A stretch of DNA of 61,869 nt, counting the filler, from Choristocarpus tenellus KU-1152 (Eukaryota; Protista; Phaeophyceae): the NCBI GenBank assembly GCA_964200185.2. It is 11 parts of 11 records of this genome, joined end to end, with 100 filler letters (N's around TTAATTAATTAA, not from the genome) between each part and the next. Parts side by side here need not be neighbours in the genome. Positions count along the whole stretch, not along the records: positions 23,301 to 33,004 come from CAXNAD020003462.1; positions 33,105 to 36,156 come from CAXNAD020022659.1; positions 36,257 to 42,132 come from CAXNAD020009537.1; 8 more parts are not named here. One strand, given 5' to 3'. Both the position numbers and the translations under genes were made by a program. This document shows positions 25,440-36,892 of the stretch, piece by piece (within the stretch, counting starts at the first letter, position 1; every line of letters begins with the position of its first letter). Under the pieces are notes generated by a model. That model ran no database searches, was not told the origin of the DNA, and worked only from the letters and a program-made list of their open reading frames with translations.

Positions 25440-26609
25440 AGCTACTAAGGGAACAAACAACCATAATGCGGAACGGTTGAAGAGACTTTTTGCAGTGCTT
25501 TCACACCAAGTCGGTTGATCTCAACCCTCACAGTGCTGAAATCCTCCCCTAATGACATACATCCAGGACCCTCGCCAGTGTACCAACAATAGATGGAGGT
25601 GGCTGATGCGCTCTGGGCAATGGGCTATGAGTCAAAACAATTTTCCAGCCGAGCTCCTAATAGTTGGCCTGTAAGAAGGACATGGCTATCCTTCAGGGTT
25701 GTCATAAGATTATATTGGTTGTGTGGGACCAGGAAGCTGCACCTCAGGTCCGTAAGGACGCAATCATCACCATTCCCCACCAAAGATAGACTAAAATGAC
25801 TGTGGCAACTATGTAGGCATCCCATTGGTGGCATAGGCTGGCAAAGTATTTCTTCTTGAGGTTATCACACAACGGCTGGGGAATTATCTGGAATGGAAAA
25901 CGCAGTCCATGAGGAAAAGTGTGGTTTCCGGTCCCGACACTCCATGGTGGATATGACGTACACTGTTCATGCCCCCCACGAGCTTGGTCGGGAAAGCATG
26001 TAGTCCTGTTCATTTGTTTTATCAATCTGTATAAAGCATATACACACGACTCTCTGATGATTGTGATCTCCTCTGGGTTGTGCTGCCCAAATTTGCAATG
26101 CCTGAGAGGGTTTCTTCTGTCATCCACCAATACCATGATGGAATGGGGGCATGTGTTACAAGGATGATGGTGAATAAACTGACTGGTTTAAGATTGAAAA
26201 GGGCCTTCATCAGGGGTATGTTCTTGGTCCCATTATCTTCTCGAACATCTTCACTGCAAGCGCTATGTGTAGCAGTTAAAGAGTTCACCTCCAACCTTGC
26301 AAATCTCCAAGGATTTTGTTGTTATCAACAGAACGGTCACAAACAACCAGCTCAAAATAGGAACACTAGAGAGTGGTACAATACTTGAGTGGCTCTTGCG
26401 GGGTATGCCTTACGATCATGATGCAAATATTGTCTCCAAGATCAGAGAAGGTCTGACCACGATGATGATGATAATTATAGAGGTGGCCAGATCATTTGGT
26501 CTGACCATCTCAGCTCTGACGATGGAGACCGTGCGTCTTTGACCTCCCAATCATGTTGGTGGTACCAAGCAGGTCCAGGCACTGGACCAGACCTACAAAC
26601 AAACAGATA
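25440..26609 (+). mobile_element. RTE-clade LINE reverse transcriptase remnant
   Basis: Frameshifted DCGNYVGIPLVA.AGKV, CGFRSRHSMVDM, FINLYKAY, VIHQYHDGMGACV, KGLHQGYVLGP, GMPYDHDANIVS and FGLTIS. Confidence 0.9.
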
Positions 26610-27590
26610 CTTCCTCCTTTCGGAATTAAACAGTAACACAACTTTTGCAGTCCAAATAAATATGCAAGATTTTTTTCACATGTTCGTATTTATGGGTGTA
26701 TTGTACGGACACTGAAAGGTTTCCTACCAAAATCTCAAGCAAAAGGAGCAGCCAACACCAATCTACGATTCCACCCCTGAAACCCTCCAAAACTCTATTC
26801 CAGCATGGTATTTCGCTGCATCCACTGAGGCATTTGGGAGCTTGCCCGCCCTCTTGGCCTTTTCCTTGCAAAGATGGGGAATTTTGAAGACGATGCCACC
26901 CTTGGAACTCATCACTTAAGCATAGACTGCGAAGAAGTTCTGTTAGATGCACTCTAGTGTCTTCTAGGGATAAACATGTAGTGCCTCCATTGTGGCCTCC
27001 ACCAGCTCCTCTCTGTTGATTACCGTCACCCCCACGTTTTCCTTCAGTTGCTGGATAGAATGAAAGAATCCCAGGTCATTGATGTTGAGGTTGAGTGAGT
27101 TGCCCGGCTGGGTCTCTATGATAATGTCATCAACCACCGCCTCCTCCTCTTGCCTCCATGATCCCCCCCTTAGTGTGTGGCTTTGCCCCATCCTGCTGCA
27201 CGAAGATGAGGTGTCCTTCGGCCCTAGGCATGAGGACCTTGATTGCTGGGATGACATCCTTGATCACGAGTATCTTATACCTCTCCTGAACACCATCGCT
27301 GGTACAAGCACCTTGGCGCCCTCGGGACGGTGTTTTCTGGAGCACTGAGCAACGTTGGTGTCTTCATGATTGGCCAAATCCCTATTTTCCCATTGAACCA
27401 CACCCCGTTGGAGAGCTTCCTAGGGTGGGCCACAGCTGCAAGGAATATCACCTTCGTAATGTAACACTTATTCTATGTTCGTGGGGATTTCGGGGGGTCC
27501 TCAGTAGGGTGCAGGTCTACACCTTGCCCATCTTTGAGGGTGTAAAGCCACTTCTCGTCCACATACACCCAGGGATTTGGTGCACCACAC
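26610..27590 (-). mobile_element. plant-type mariner (Tc1/mariner) transposon, 3' half with TIR; abuts and truncates the RTE LINE
   Basis: VYVDEKW, KVIFLAAVA, FNGKIGIWP, IFVQQDGAKPH, QPGNSLNLNINDLGFFHSIQ. TIR ta|cttcctcctttcggaattaa. Confidence 0.92.
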
Positions 27591-28072
27591 GAACTGTGCG
27601 CCATCTCCCTTACAAAGAGCCTCCTTGATGGTCTCTGAACGTTCATGTCCATGGAGGTCATAGAAGCAGATACTAACACAAGAAATACTGATTAGAAAAG
27701 TTCAATTTGAAGGTGATTACTTCTATCCTAGGGTTGCATAACTGACTGAGTCAGACGATATTAAAATAACAATATTTTCGTTTTTGTAATTTTCATGTAA
27801 TTATGACGGATAGATCTTCTTGGGAACTGATCTCAGTCAATCTGTTTCCACAGGCACAGCAAGCTTGTTGGTCGCACATTTCTTTGTTATTTGGCGATGT
27901 TCACATCAACATCAATTACATACAAATTGTCAGAATTCCTGGACCGCTTGCTGTTGATGGTCACAATGATGTGGCCTAATTTATCAGATCGGAAACCAGC
28001 TCAGATTCATTCCAACATTAGAATATGATATGCAAACGGTGTGGTGGAAGAGGGGTGGGAGTTGGAGAGAAA

Positions 28073-28331
28073 GAATGAAATTATCTTAGAGGGTACGAGT
28101 TTTGCCCTGTTTGTCCGTTTGGGGCTTGGCTTCCCATGTTATTTTTTTTTACTTTTTTCTACTCCAAAAAAATTCAGAGTGGGTAAGATGTGTATGTCAT
28201 GAAAAGTTGTGTCCGGAACAAGGATTTTAACACTTCCTAATAAACACGAGAGCCAAAATTATGTCAAAATCGTAACAGTGGATTGTCGTCCCCAAATGGA
28301 CGCGACTCTACCCTCTAAGATACTGTGGCTA
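28073..28331. mobile_element. MITE family B (about 258 bp)
   Basis: tatcttagagggtacgag...ctaccctctaagatac. Confidence 0.88.
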
Positions 28332-29554
28332 AAATAAATTCCTACCAAGTTCACATTAATATTCATACTGGCTTCGTGATGTCTGACAGAAAATAGAAGA
28401 AAGTCCTCAGTGTGCAGAGATGATTACAGCTTAGAGATTATGACACAATGTGGATGCTTCTCCTGACAGGAGATGCACTGACACTCAAGTCTTGAAAGCC
28501 TCCCTGTGACCAAGGTGTGCTGATGCTAAGGTCCATACAATCCTTTCCACCACCCTTTGTCACAGTAGCTGAAGAGCCATCATAATCTTCACAAACACAC
28601 CTGACTCAATCAATTGCCGCCATCGTTGTCAAAAACATTCAACGTGCTTATGCTTTGAACCCTCATGGTGATGTCCCGCAATGTGGGTTGCTGCTGGCCT
28701 TATACAGCATCACACTTCACTAAAAAGAGAAGAGATGAGTTTTTTTTTTCAAGGTGAAGTCGTTGACAACTTCTCCGCTAGGTTGTGGACGTTTTTTCCC
28801 TTACATTGTGCACACATAATTTATTACCACATCGAAATGTATATCTTGATGGGTCGATGCTTGTATGGGGTGGTTAGGGCTATATCCTTCTATCCCAAGC
28901 ACGAGTGGTAGAATATCCCCACGCACCTCCTTTTGCATCTCCAACCTTAATTTCACCATACCTTGAAAAAGAAATATTGACATGAATACTCATGATGGTA
29001 ATTTATAGGCTTGAATCCTTTTGTCTCTTAAGCAGGAAATTGTTGAGATTCCTCGGCCCTGTCAATGGATAAGCTCCTTAAGTATTTTTTATTGTTGGAG
29101 TTCACCCAGTGGGAGGAGAATGTGTTCATCGTAGGTGGGAACATGATTTCTACAAATGTCCAAGAGATTGGAAGTGAAAGACAACCTCACCTCATCGCTC
29201 CAGATCTCCGGATATTGACTTACTAAACAAAAATGCATGGTGGTGAGGAGGTAATTCCTTTAACCTCAGAAATGATTAGACATTGTGCAAATTCCTCAAA
29301 GTGGAAGAAGACAACCCTCTCCTAACAACAATAGGATACTTTTTCTCAAAGCAAAGCAGCAATCCAAGGCAATGATCCGTTTCTAAAAAGCTAAGCACCG
29401 ATCCAATTCCTTCAAACCCTCCACCTCAGTGTAGTTCCTCTTGAGACATTTGTTGGGGCCTAGAACAACCAACAACCAAGAGGAGAGGGCAATGGGTACC
29501 CACTCACAATTTCATTAGCCGAGGCATTGTGGCTCTATCACCACAATAGCCCAA

Positions 29555-29809
29555 GACCCAAAGCAATTGTGAGGGTAGAAGGTCTGCCCTGTTTGTCCGT
29601 TCGGGGCTTGACTTCCAACGCTTTTTTTATGCCCTTTTTTGTTTTTCTGTCTGAACACAGTTTGATAAAACGTGTATGATTATGAAAGCGTCTTGAGCAA
29701 GGATATTGGCACTTGCTAACAAACACGATAACCAAGATTCATCAAAATTGCAACATTTGATATATGATCCCGAACGCATGTGGCCCTACCGTCTCAAATG
29801 CTTTGACTC
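29555..29809. mobile_element. MITE family B, diverged
   Basis: gagggta..ccctgtttgtccgttcggggcttg...ctttgactc. Confidence 0.8.
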
Positions 29810-30636
29810 CCAAGCACCCTTCTTTGTTACAAAAATTCCTGGGATGTTATATTCATAGCCTCTGGGTTATTAAAGGTACAATAGTATGTTTCCCATCGCC
29901 ATGGACATATTTTTGGGCTTCCAATCCTACAGGGGAGAACCTTTCACGAGACTCCTTCAAATTGGCCACATGAACATTTATGGGATACCTAGATAATTAT
30001 TATTTTTTACATGACTGTTCCACTATGAATAAATTAGGGGTTCCAACCCTGTAGAGGATAACCTTTCAAGGAACTCCCTCAAATTTGCAAAATGAACATT
30101 CTTGGGATACCCAGATGATTCGTTTTCTTTTCTCCCACAGGACTGTCTACCATGATGTGCTGGCCAGTCATTTTTTTTCTCATGTGCAGATAGCCCACTT
30201 TGGGGGGTGGGTGATGTGACGGACAAGTCTTGTTGGGATATGATCTGAATTCAGTCCATTTCCGTGCGCATACAGAGGTAGGTGTATTGTGTGCTCATTT
30301 CTTTGTCATTGGTGACATTCACATCAAGATCAATCACAGAGTTGTCATGAGAACATCCAGTCCACATAGTGTTGATGGTCGCAGTGATGTGACGTCATCT
30401 ATCCGATCCGAGGTTTAGCTGAGGTTCATTCCAAGATTTGATGCTTGTGAGACCTTTCAGGTTTGCTGAAGCAATTCCCCTTTGAGACAACTGGTGATTA
30501 TGAACACCCCCCACGACAGATTGGACCCTCCTTCACGACATAACTATTGTTCACATTAACAGTCTTCACATTCTTCTTGTTAGTCTTTACATTACTATTT
30601 TAGTTAGCCTTCGCATTCAACTTACCATTCTTCCCT

Positions 30637-32554
30637 CTTCCTCCATTCGGATTTAAATGTAACATAGCTTTTGCAAGCTCTGTTCTCGTCCGGGAACCAC
30701 CCACGTGATGAACCCTCTGGACGAGCCTTAATTCTCATATGGATTGGGAGGCGTGCAACGTTTGAGATGGTCCGCTCTCATGACTGTGGAGGATCACCAG
30801 TACAAAGTCGAACATGTCGTTTTCATGGTGTTCCAAAACCTCATGAAACTGTCAAAGCAGGACTACTTGGACGCCTAGGACGAAGGGCCCCTGTCGTTCA
30901 AGCGACTCGCTCAAACCCTAACCAGTCACCGCCCATCGGTCCCAATTCTTCGGTCCAAAAGTCCATCCGGGGTCAGGACTCAAACACCCCGACAAAGAAC
31001 AGCATGGTGGCGTGATATATCGAGGCGAGAGGGTACCAGACTCGGATGCCTCGGGGGACAGTGGTGGCCATTACAGAGGATATCGGAATTTCCCAAATCA
31101 CCGTGTTTCGTCATCTGAACGAGTATGACAGCCAGATCGAACGGGGTGAATGCATTGACCTTGCACAATGTTGTAAGGGGTGTTGTGGCCACCGTACAAG
31201 TATCCTCGACGTTTGGGATATCTCATCGGCACACCGCACACCGTTCCTCAAACAGGTGGCCAAAGTCGGGGTCTCCCTTGCCTCTTTGTGGGATCTGTGC
31301 AAGCGCAAGGTGAAAAAGGTCAAGCGGTGGATCAAGACAGTCCTCTCAGACCAGCAGAAAGTCAACAGGGTGGGTTTTGTCCTGAGCCACATGTACAGGA
31401 GGGGGGGGAGTGGGGTACTAGTGGATGATGTGTATGACTGGGTGTATGTGGACGAGAAGTGGTTTTAAAACCTCGAAGATGGGCAAGGTGTGGACCTGCA
31501 CTCCACTGAGGACCCCCCGAAATCCCCACGAACACAGAATAAGTTTTACAATTACGAAGGTGATATTAGTTGCAGCTGTGGTCCGCCCTAGGAAGCTCTC
31601 CAACGGAGTGTGGTTCAATAGGTTTTACATTTTCAATGATGGGCAAGGTGTGGACCTGCACCCTACTGAGGACCCCCGAAGTCCCCACAGGTACAGAATA
31701 AGCGTTACATTATGAAGGTGATATTCCTTGCAGCTGTGGCCCACCCTAGCAAGCTCTCCAACGGGGTGTGGTTCAATGGGAAAATAGGGATCTGGTCAAT
31801 CATGAAGACACTAAGGTTGCTCAGCGTTCGAGCAAACGTTACCCCAAGGTCACCAAGGTGTTTGTGCCAGCCATGGTGGACGGGGAGAGGTATAAGGTGC
31901 TCATGTTCAAGGATGTTTTCCCGGTAATCAAGGCCCACATGCATTGACTGGAAGGACACATCATCTTCGTGCAGCAGGATGGGGCAAAGCCGTACAACAA
32001 GGGGGGGATCATGGAGGCAATCGAGGAGATGGTGGTTGATGACATTGTCATAGAGATCCAGGCATCCAACTCACTCGACCTCAACGTCAATGGCCTGGGA
32101 TGCTTTCATTCCATCCAGCAACTCAAGGAAAGCGTTGAGGTCACCAACAAAGAGGAGCTGGTGGAGGGCATAATGGAGGCATGTGTACCTCTGGGAGAAA
32201 ATAGAGTGCGTCTGAGAGAATCTCTTCGTAATCTATGACGAAGTGATGGGTCCAAGGGTGATATCTTCAAAATTCCCCATCTCGGTAAGGAAAAGGCTGA
32301 GAGGGAGGGCAAACTCCTCCCGAATGCCCCGGTGGATGCAGCGAAATAATGTGCTGGAATGGAGATTTGGAGGGCTTCGGGGGCGGAATCATAGATAGGT
32401 GCTGACTGCCCCATTTTGCTTGAGATTTTGGTGGGCAACCTTTTCCCATCGTATCTCCATAATACACCCATAAAATATGAACACGTGAAAAATAATCTTG
32501 TTTCTTCACTGGGGCTGCAAAAGTTATGTTATTTTTAATTCCCAACGGGAGAAG
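30637..32554 (+). mobile_element. near full-length (about 1.9 kb) plant-type mariner with both TIRs; transposase pseudogenised
   Basis: 5' TIR cttcctccattcggatttaa and 3' TIR taattcccaacgggagaag|ta. HTH GISQITVFRHL, YDWVYVDEKWF, QQDGAKPY, NSLDLNVN. Internal duplication of about 160 bp. Confidence 0.92.
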
Positions 32555-32937
32555 TACAACATTGTGTATTGTCAGTAACTCTCGGGTCCAAAACATGTAT
32601 AAAAAATGTTCCCATTTTAACATAATGCACGTTAGAGCATACAGTTCTGGCAATCGCCTCCTGCATTAACTTTGTCGTGCCATAACTTTTGATCACACCG
32701 ATTTTTTTCATGAAAATTCGTTTGTTGTAATCGCATAATCATGCTTAACCTTAATTGATGGGTCTCGGTTGGCACTTACAGTAATCGTGAGAAATACAGG
32801 ACCATATTAAATCAAGTAGTCCGCGCGCGATGCCACGCGGCGCGCGATCCCGTGCATTTAAGGACGAGATTGATGCCAGATGAGGCCATCTTTACCCAGA
32901 GAGCGTGCGCGTTGTTGTCTCTCCATTTTCTTTCCAT

Positions 32938-33004
32938 GAGTGAAAGTATCTTAGAGGGTATGAGTTTTGCCCTGTTTGTCCATTTGGGGCTTGGCTTCCC
33001 ATGG
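32938..33004. mobile_element. MITE family B end, cut by a linker
   Basis: gagtgaaagtatcttagagggtatgag. Confidence 0.85.
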
Positions 33005-33347
33005 NNNNNNNNNNNNNNNNNNNNNNNNNNNNNNNNNNNNNNNNNNNNTTAATTAATTAANNNNNNNNNNNNNNNNNNNNNNNNNNNNNNNNNNNNNNNN
33101 NNNNATTCCTTCCTTGGGCTCGTCATCTTCATTGGTCTGAGGGCTTCTGTGGCTCTGAGGGAATCGCCCCTCTCTAGCTGTAAAAAGAGTGGCCTCCGAT
33201 CGCCACATCATCCACCTATAGTCGTAAATGAGTGGTTTTCGACCACCATAGTATAGACGTTGCCTAGGTAGTTCTTCCTCGCCATTCGTACACTCACATT
33301 TCCGATCTGTTTTTCTTGTATCACACTCTTCTTTTATCCTGCAGGTT

Positions 33348-36050
33348 TAGTCGGAACTGGGTCCGTAGGTCGCAAAAAAACTGGCAGAGTGGGAACGGAG
33401 TCCCTAGGTTGCAACAAAACTGGCAGAGTCGGAACGGAGTCGGAACGGAGTCGGAACTGGAGTCCCTAGGTCGCAACAAAAACCTGGCAGAGTGGGAACG
33501 GAGTCGGAACTGGAGTCCCTAGGTTGCAAAAAAAAAAATGGCAAGAGTCGGAACTGGAGCCCCTATGTCGCCATGTGGCAATTAAAACATGCTGCCGCAG
33601 CACGATTTGAGGTGATAGAAGATATTTATTGTCCTGACCTGTCATAATCGCCTGTGGTAGGCGTGAAGCATGTATTCCTAGTTCACGCTGGGGGGCATGT
33701 TACAGGCGAATAGCATGTCTGCCTTTTCGCATTCTAGCCAGTGTGAGTAGCCTTGTTTGTGACTGTGAGACATCTTGGTGTCCAATAATTTGTGATTATA
33801 GCTGTGAAGGGGGACATTCTAAGCAGTATCCTATTTGAGTGCTATTATAATTTTGTGCCTGTATTTATTTTTGCTGATAGTTGTGAAGATGAGGGAGAGA
33901 CTTGCTGAGATGCTCTCTATTGTTATTTTTTATTGTAAGATGTTTGAATTTTTTGGTTTATGTTCATAGTTCCTAGCAAGGATAAGTCTTTCCATGACAG
34001 CACCCAATCTCTTTTGACTGTGTCATGGTCTTGGTGTCCTATCGTTTCTGTGTTCTAGTTCTGAAAGAGGAGAGTCCATGGCCATATCCAAGTTCGATGC
34101 TAGTATTTTTATTTTATTTTATTTACTATTCAATTTCCACTTTGTTACCCTCATCATCTTCACTATTTTCATCTATTTTGTTCCTCTCTATTTATTAATA
34201 TTATAGTACTAATTGCTGCTCTCATCGACCCCTCTTTATTTATTTATCTTGATTTTTGTCATTGCCTGTTTTGCGCACTAGCAGCCTTGAGTATGCTTTG
34301 TGCATGGGGGGCATAAAACAGGCAATGATCAGATGCTGTGTAGATCATGAATAATATAAGTCTAATCCTTGATAGCACTTGCATTTATATAACCGGGAAG
34401 ATTGGAATAGAGGACGCATGAATTGTATGCCCAATCAGAGCTATGTATATTGTAACTTTTGAAAGTCCAGTTCAAAAGAAACAAGTGTATACTCGGATTA
34501 GGCCAGACACAATTTATCGGAGTCCGCATTGTGTGACCTTATGGACACCTTGAAGAGAACGTGGATAAATTAATCACATTGGTGATTAGAGTGATTGGAA
34601 CTGGGGACCCATTCATTTTACGCCATGTCAGAGATACATTGTAAATTTTGAAGGTGTGTTTCAGAAAGAGCAAAGGTATACTCAGACTAGGCCAGGGGCA
34701 ATCTGACTACAATGGTATTCTGTGACCCTTGGGAAAGTTTACATCGTCAGACATATATATTGACCTTGACTGTGCCTTACGACTTTTGAGGATCTGTTCT
34801 CAAAGGAAACGAGGGAATTGTTGATCATTGTTGGAATCCATGGGTTAATTTGAAACTGGAGTCCCTGTGTTGGAAACAATTGGCAGAGTCGGAACTGGAG
34901 TCCCTATTTTGAAAAAAAAACTGGCATAGTCTGAACTGAAGCCCCTATGTTACCAAAGGGCAGTTATGCATGCCACCGCAGCATGATCTAAGGTGATGGA
35001 TATTTACTATCCAGATAATGATTATTGCCTGAGGTAAGCATGAAGCAGGTAGTCCCTGCATGGAACATAGGATAGAAGAAGTTGGAACCATGAAGTAACC
35101 CACAGCAGAACAGATAGCAATTTATTAAGATGTTTTGATTTATTTATTTTTTATTGTCATTTTGTGTTTGAGAATATCTATATAGAGATATTTTTCTGTG
35201 TACATCGGGTACCTGATCCCCCTTATTCCATTTTCTTTTTTTTTTCCCCCCCCCCTTTTTGTTTTATTCTTGATTTTCTTTTTTTGGTATTTTGTTTCTA
35301 TTTTTTTTCTTTTTTTATCTCTCCTCTTTACCTGAACAGGTACCTGATCCCCTTAATTCCTTGTTTTGTTCTATCTTCATTTTTTTCTTTTTTTTATTGC
35401 TGATGTTGATGTTATTGCCTGTTTTTACGCACTAGCAGCCGTCAGTAAACTTCGTGCTTGGGGGGCAAGAGACAGGCAATAATCAGATGATACTTGGCAC
35501 TCTAGGGAAGCTGTTTTTTTAGAGAGAATGAATATATCCTCAGATTAGGCTAGATGTAGACAGATTTTCCCAAGTAAGTCAAGGATAGATGTTGTGGACC
35601 TAGTAGGAGTACGGAATCCTTTTTCTCTCCCTACTTTTTTTACTTTTTTTTGCAACCGGATGATCTGAGGTGATTGATGATATCTGTTGTCTTCACCGGT
35701 GAAAATCGCCTGTGGTAAGCGTGAAACATGTATCGCTAGTTCACGCTGGGGGGCATGTTAGAGGCGAATAGCGCGAGCGTTTCTTCTTGTATTTCAACGA
35801 AGTGCAAGCGTTTGTTACACGCGAATAGCGCGAGCATTTTCTCCTCATGTTTTAGGATATACGAACACTTCTAACAGACATACAGTGTGAAGATTGTTTC
35901 TCGAGTTCTGACAAGTGCGAAATATGTACGATATTAGTAACACATAGGTAACCTTACAGAATAAGTGACTATTTAAAAAAGATGCAGAGCAAGATTCGGA
36001 ATAACTACGTAACATTACAGAGGAAGATATCAATGTTACTAAGAAGTTCA
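33348..36050. repeat. modular repeat family C: ~40-bp minisatellite (33348-33570, 34853-34950) plus repeated hairpin modules
   Basis: gagtcggaactggagtccctaggtcgcaaaaaaaactggca units. Blocks at about 33590-33720, 34965-35050 and 35655-35775 are homologous, as are 34259-34335 and 35412-35490. Confidence 0.8.
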
Positions 36051-36840
36051 AGAATAGAGGCTTATGATTGGAGAGCCTATAGTGTATTTGATAGAAGACC
36101 AACGAAAATGGGTGGATGATGCAAATAATAAGAGAGCTTTTGGTTAATCCAGGACCNNNNNNNNNNNNNNNNNNNNNNNNNNNNNNNNNNNNNNNNNNNN
36201 TTAATTAATTAANNNNNNNNNNNNNNNNNNNNNNNNNNNNNNNNNNNNNNNNNNNNTTCGCTTTGGTCGCTGTAAGTGAAACAGGGTGCAGAGAAAAAAA
36301 AAAAACGAGAAAAAGTAGGAAGGCGCTTCGAAAATACTCAAGAGAGTTGAAAAAAAATAATATCTTTGTTAGAAGAAAAAATATATATATATACTATCAA
36401 TGGTCGGAACGGCGACGAAGGTGAGAGCTTTTCGACAAGAGCAAAAAAAGAAGAAAAAAAGAAAAAAAAGAGGTTGAGTAGCACCTCCTCTGTTGCTACT
36501 AAAATAGTTCCTATTCCAGGTAATGTTGAATCAGTAAGTACCTACTATGATGATATATCAGCCAAGTGCCATAGAGCGCAACCGCTACAAAAAAAAACCC
36601 CCGTCAGGACAAACCTCTGGGCATGGGGCGGTGACTGTCCACGGGGAGGTGGTCCTCTCTGCCCCCCCCGGATAAGATATCACTAGAATCGTGTGTACTC
36701 CAAACTATTCTTAATTTTTCAAAGCGAGTTTACAGTTTCGTTTTGACTTTTTACTGGGATAAATAAAAGAGCAACAGATATTCTTGTTCCTGCTCATTTC
36801 TCGTTTCGTTGTACTCACGACAAACTAAGAAATAACGCAC

Positions 36841-36892
36841 CTCCCACAATGCCTCCTCCAAGACAAACGTAATCGAAATACTCGCTTGGCAT
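36841..36892 (-). CDS. first coding exon of an FAD-dependent oxidoreductase (Rossmann GxGxxG; MDAR- or L2HGDH-like N-terminus); rest not found in the contig
   Basis: MPSEYFDYVCLGGGIVG followed by a GTGCGT donor. An upstream acceptor lies near 36944. Confidence 0.6.

Noticed and set aside
23301-32554. Fanzor/TnpB cargo associated with the mariner or HTH elements
   Set aside because: I saw no RuvC motifs (D-PG, E-TS-C, RD-NAA-N) by eye. An HMM search would be needed to exclude decayed copies.
33348-33570. CRISPR-like array
   Set aside because: The repeats are contiguous with no unique spacers, there are no cas genes, and the context is eukaryotic.
33655-33720. HDV-like or hammerhead ribozyme, or SECIS, within the hairpin modules
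   Set aside because: A P1-like stem and GGCGAAT are present, but there is too little room for P2/P3/L3. There is no three-way hammerhead core, and the helix is too short for a SECIS.
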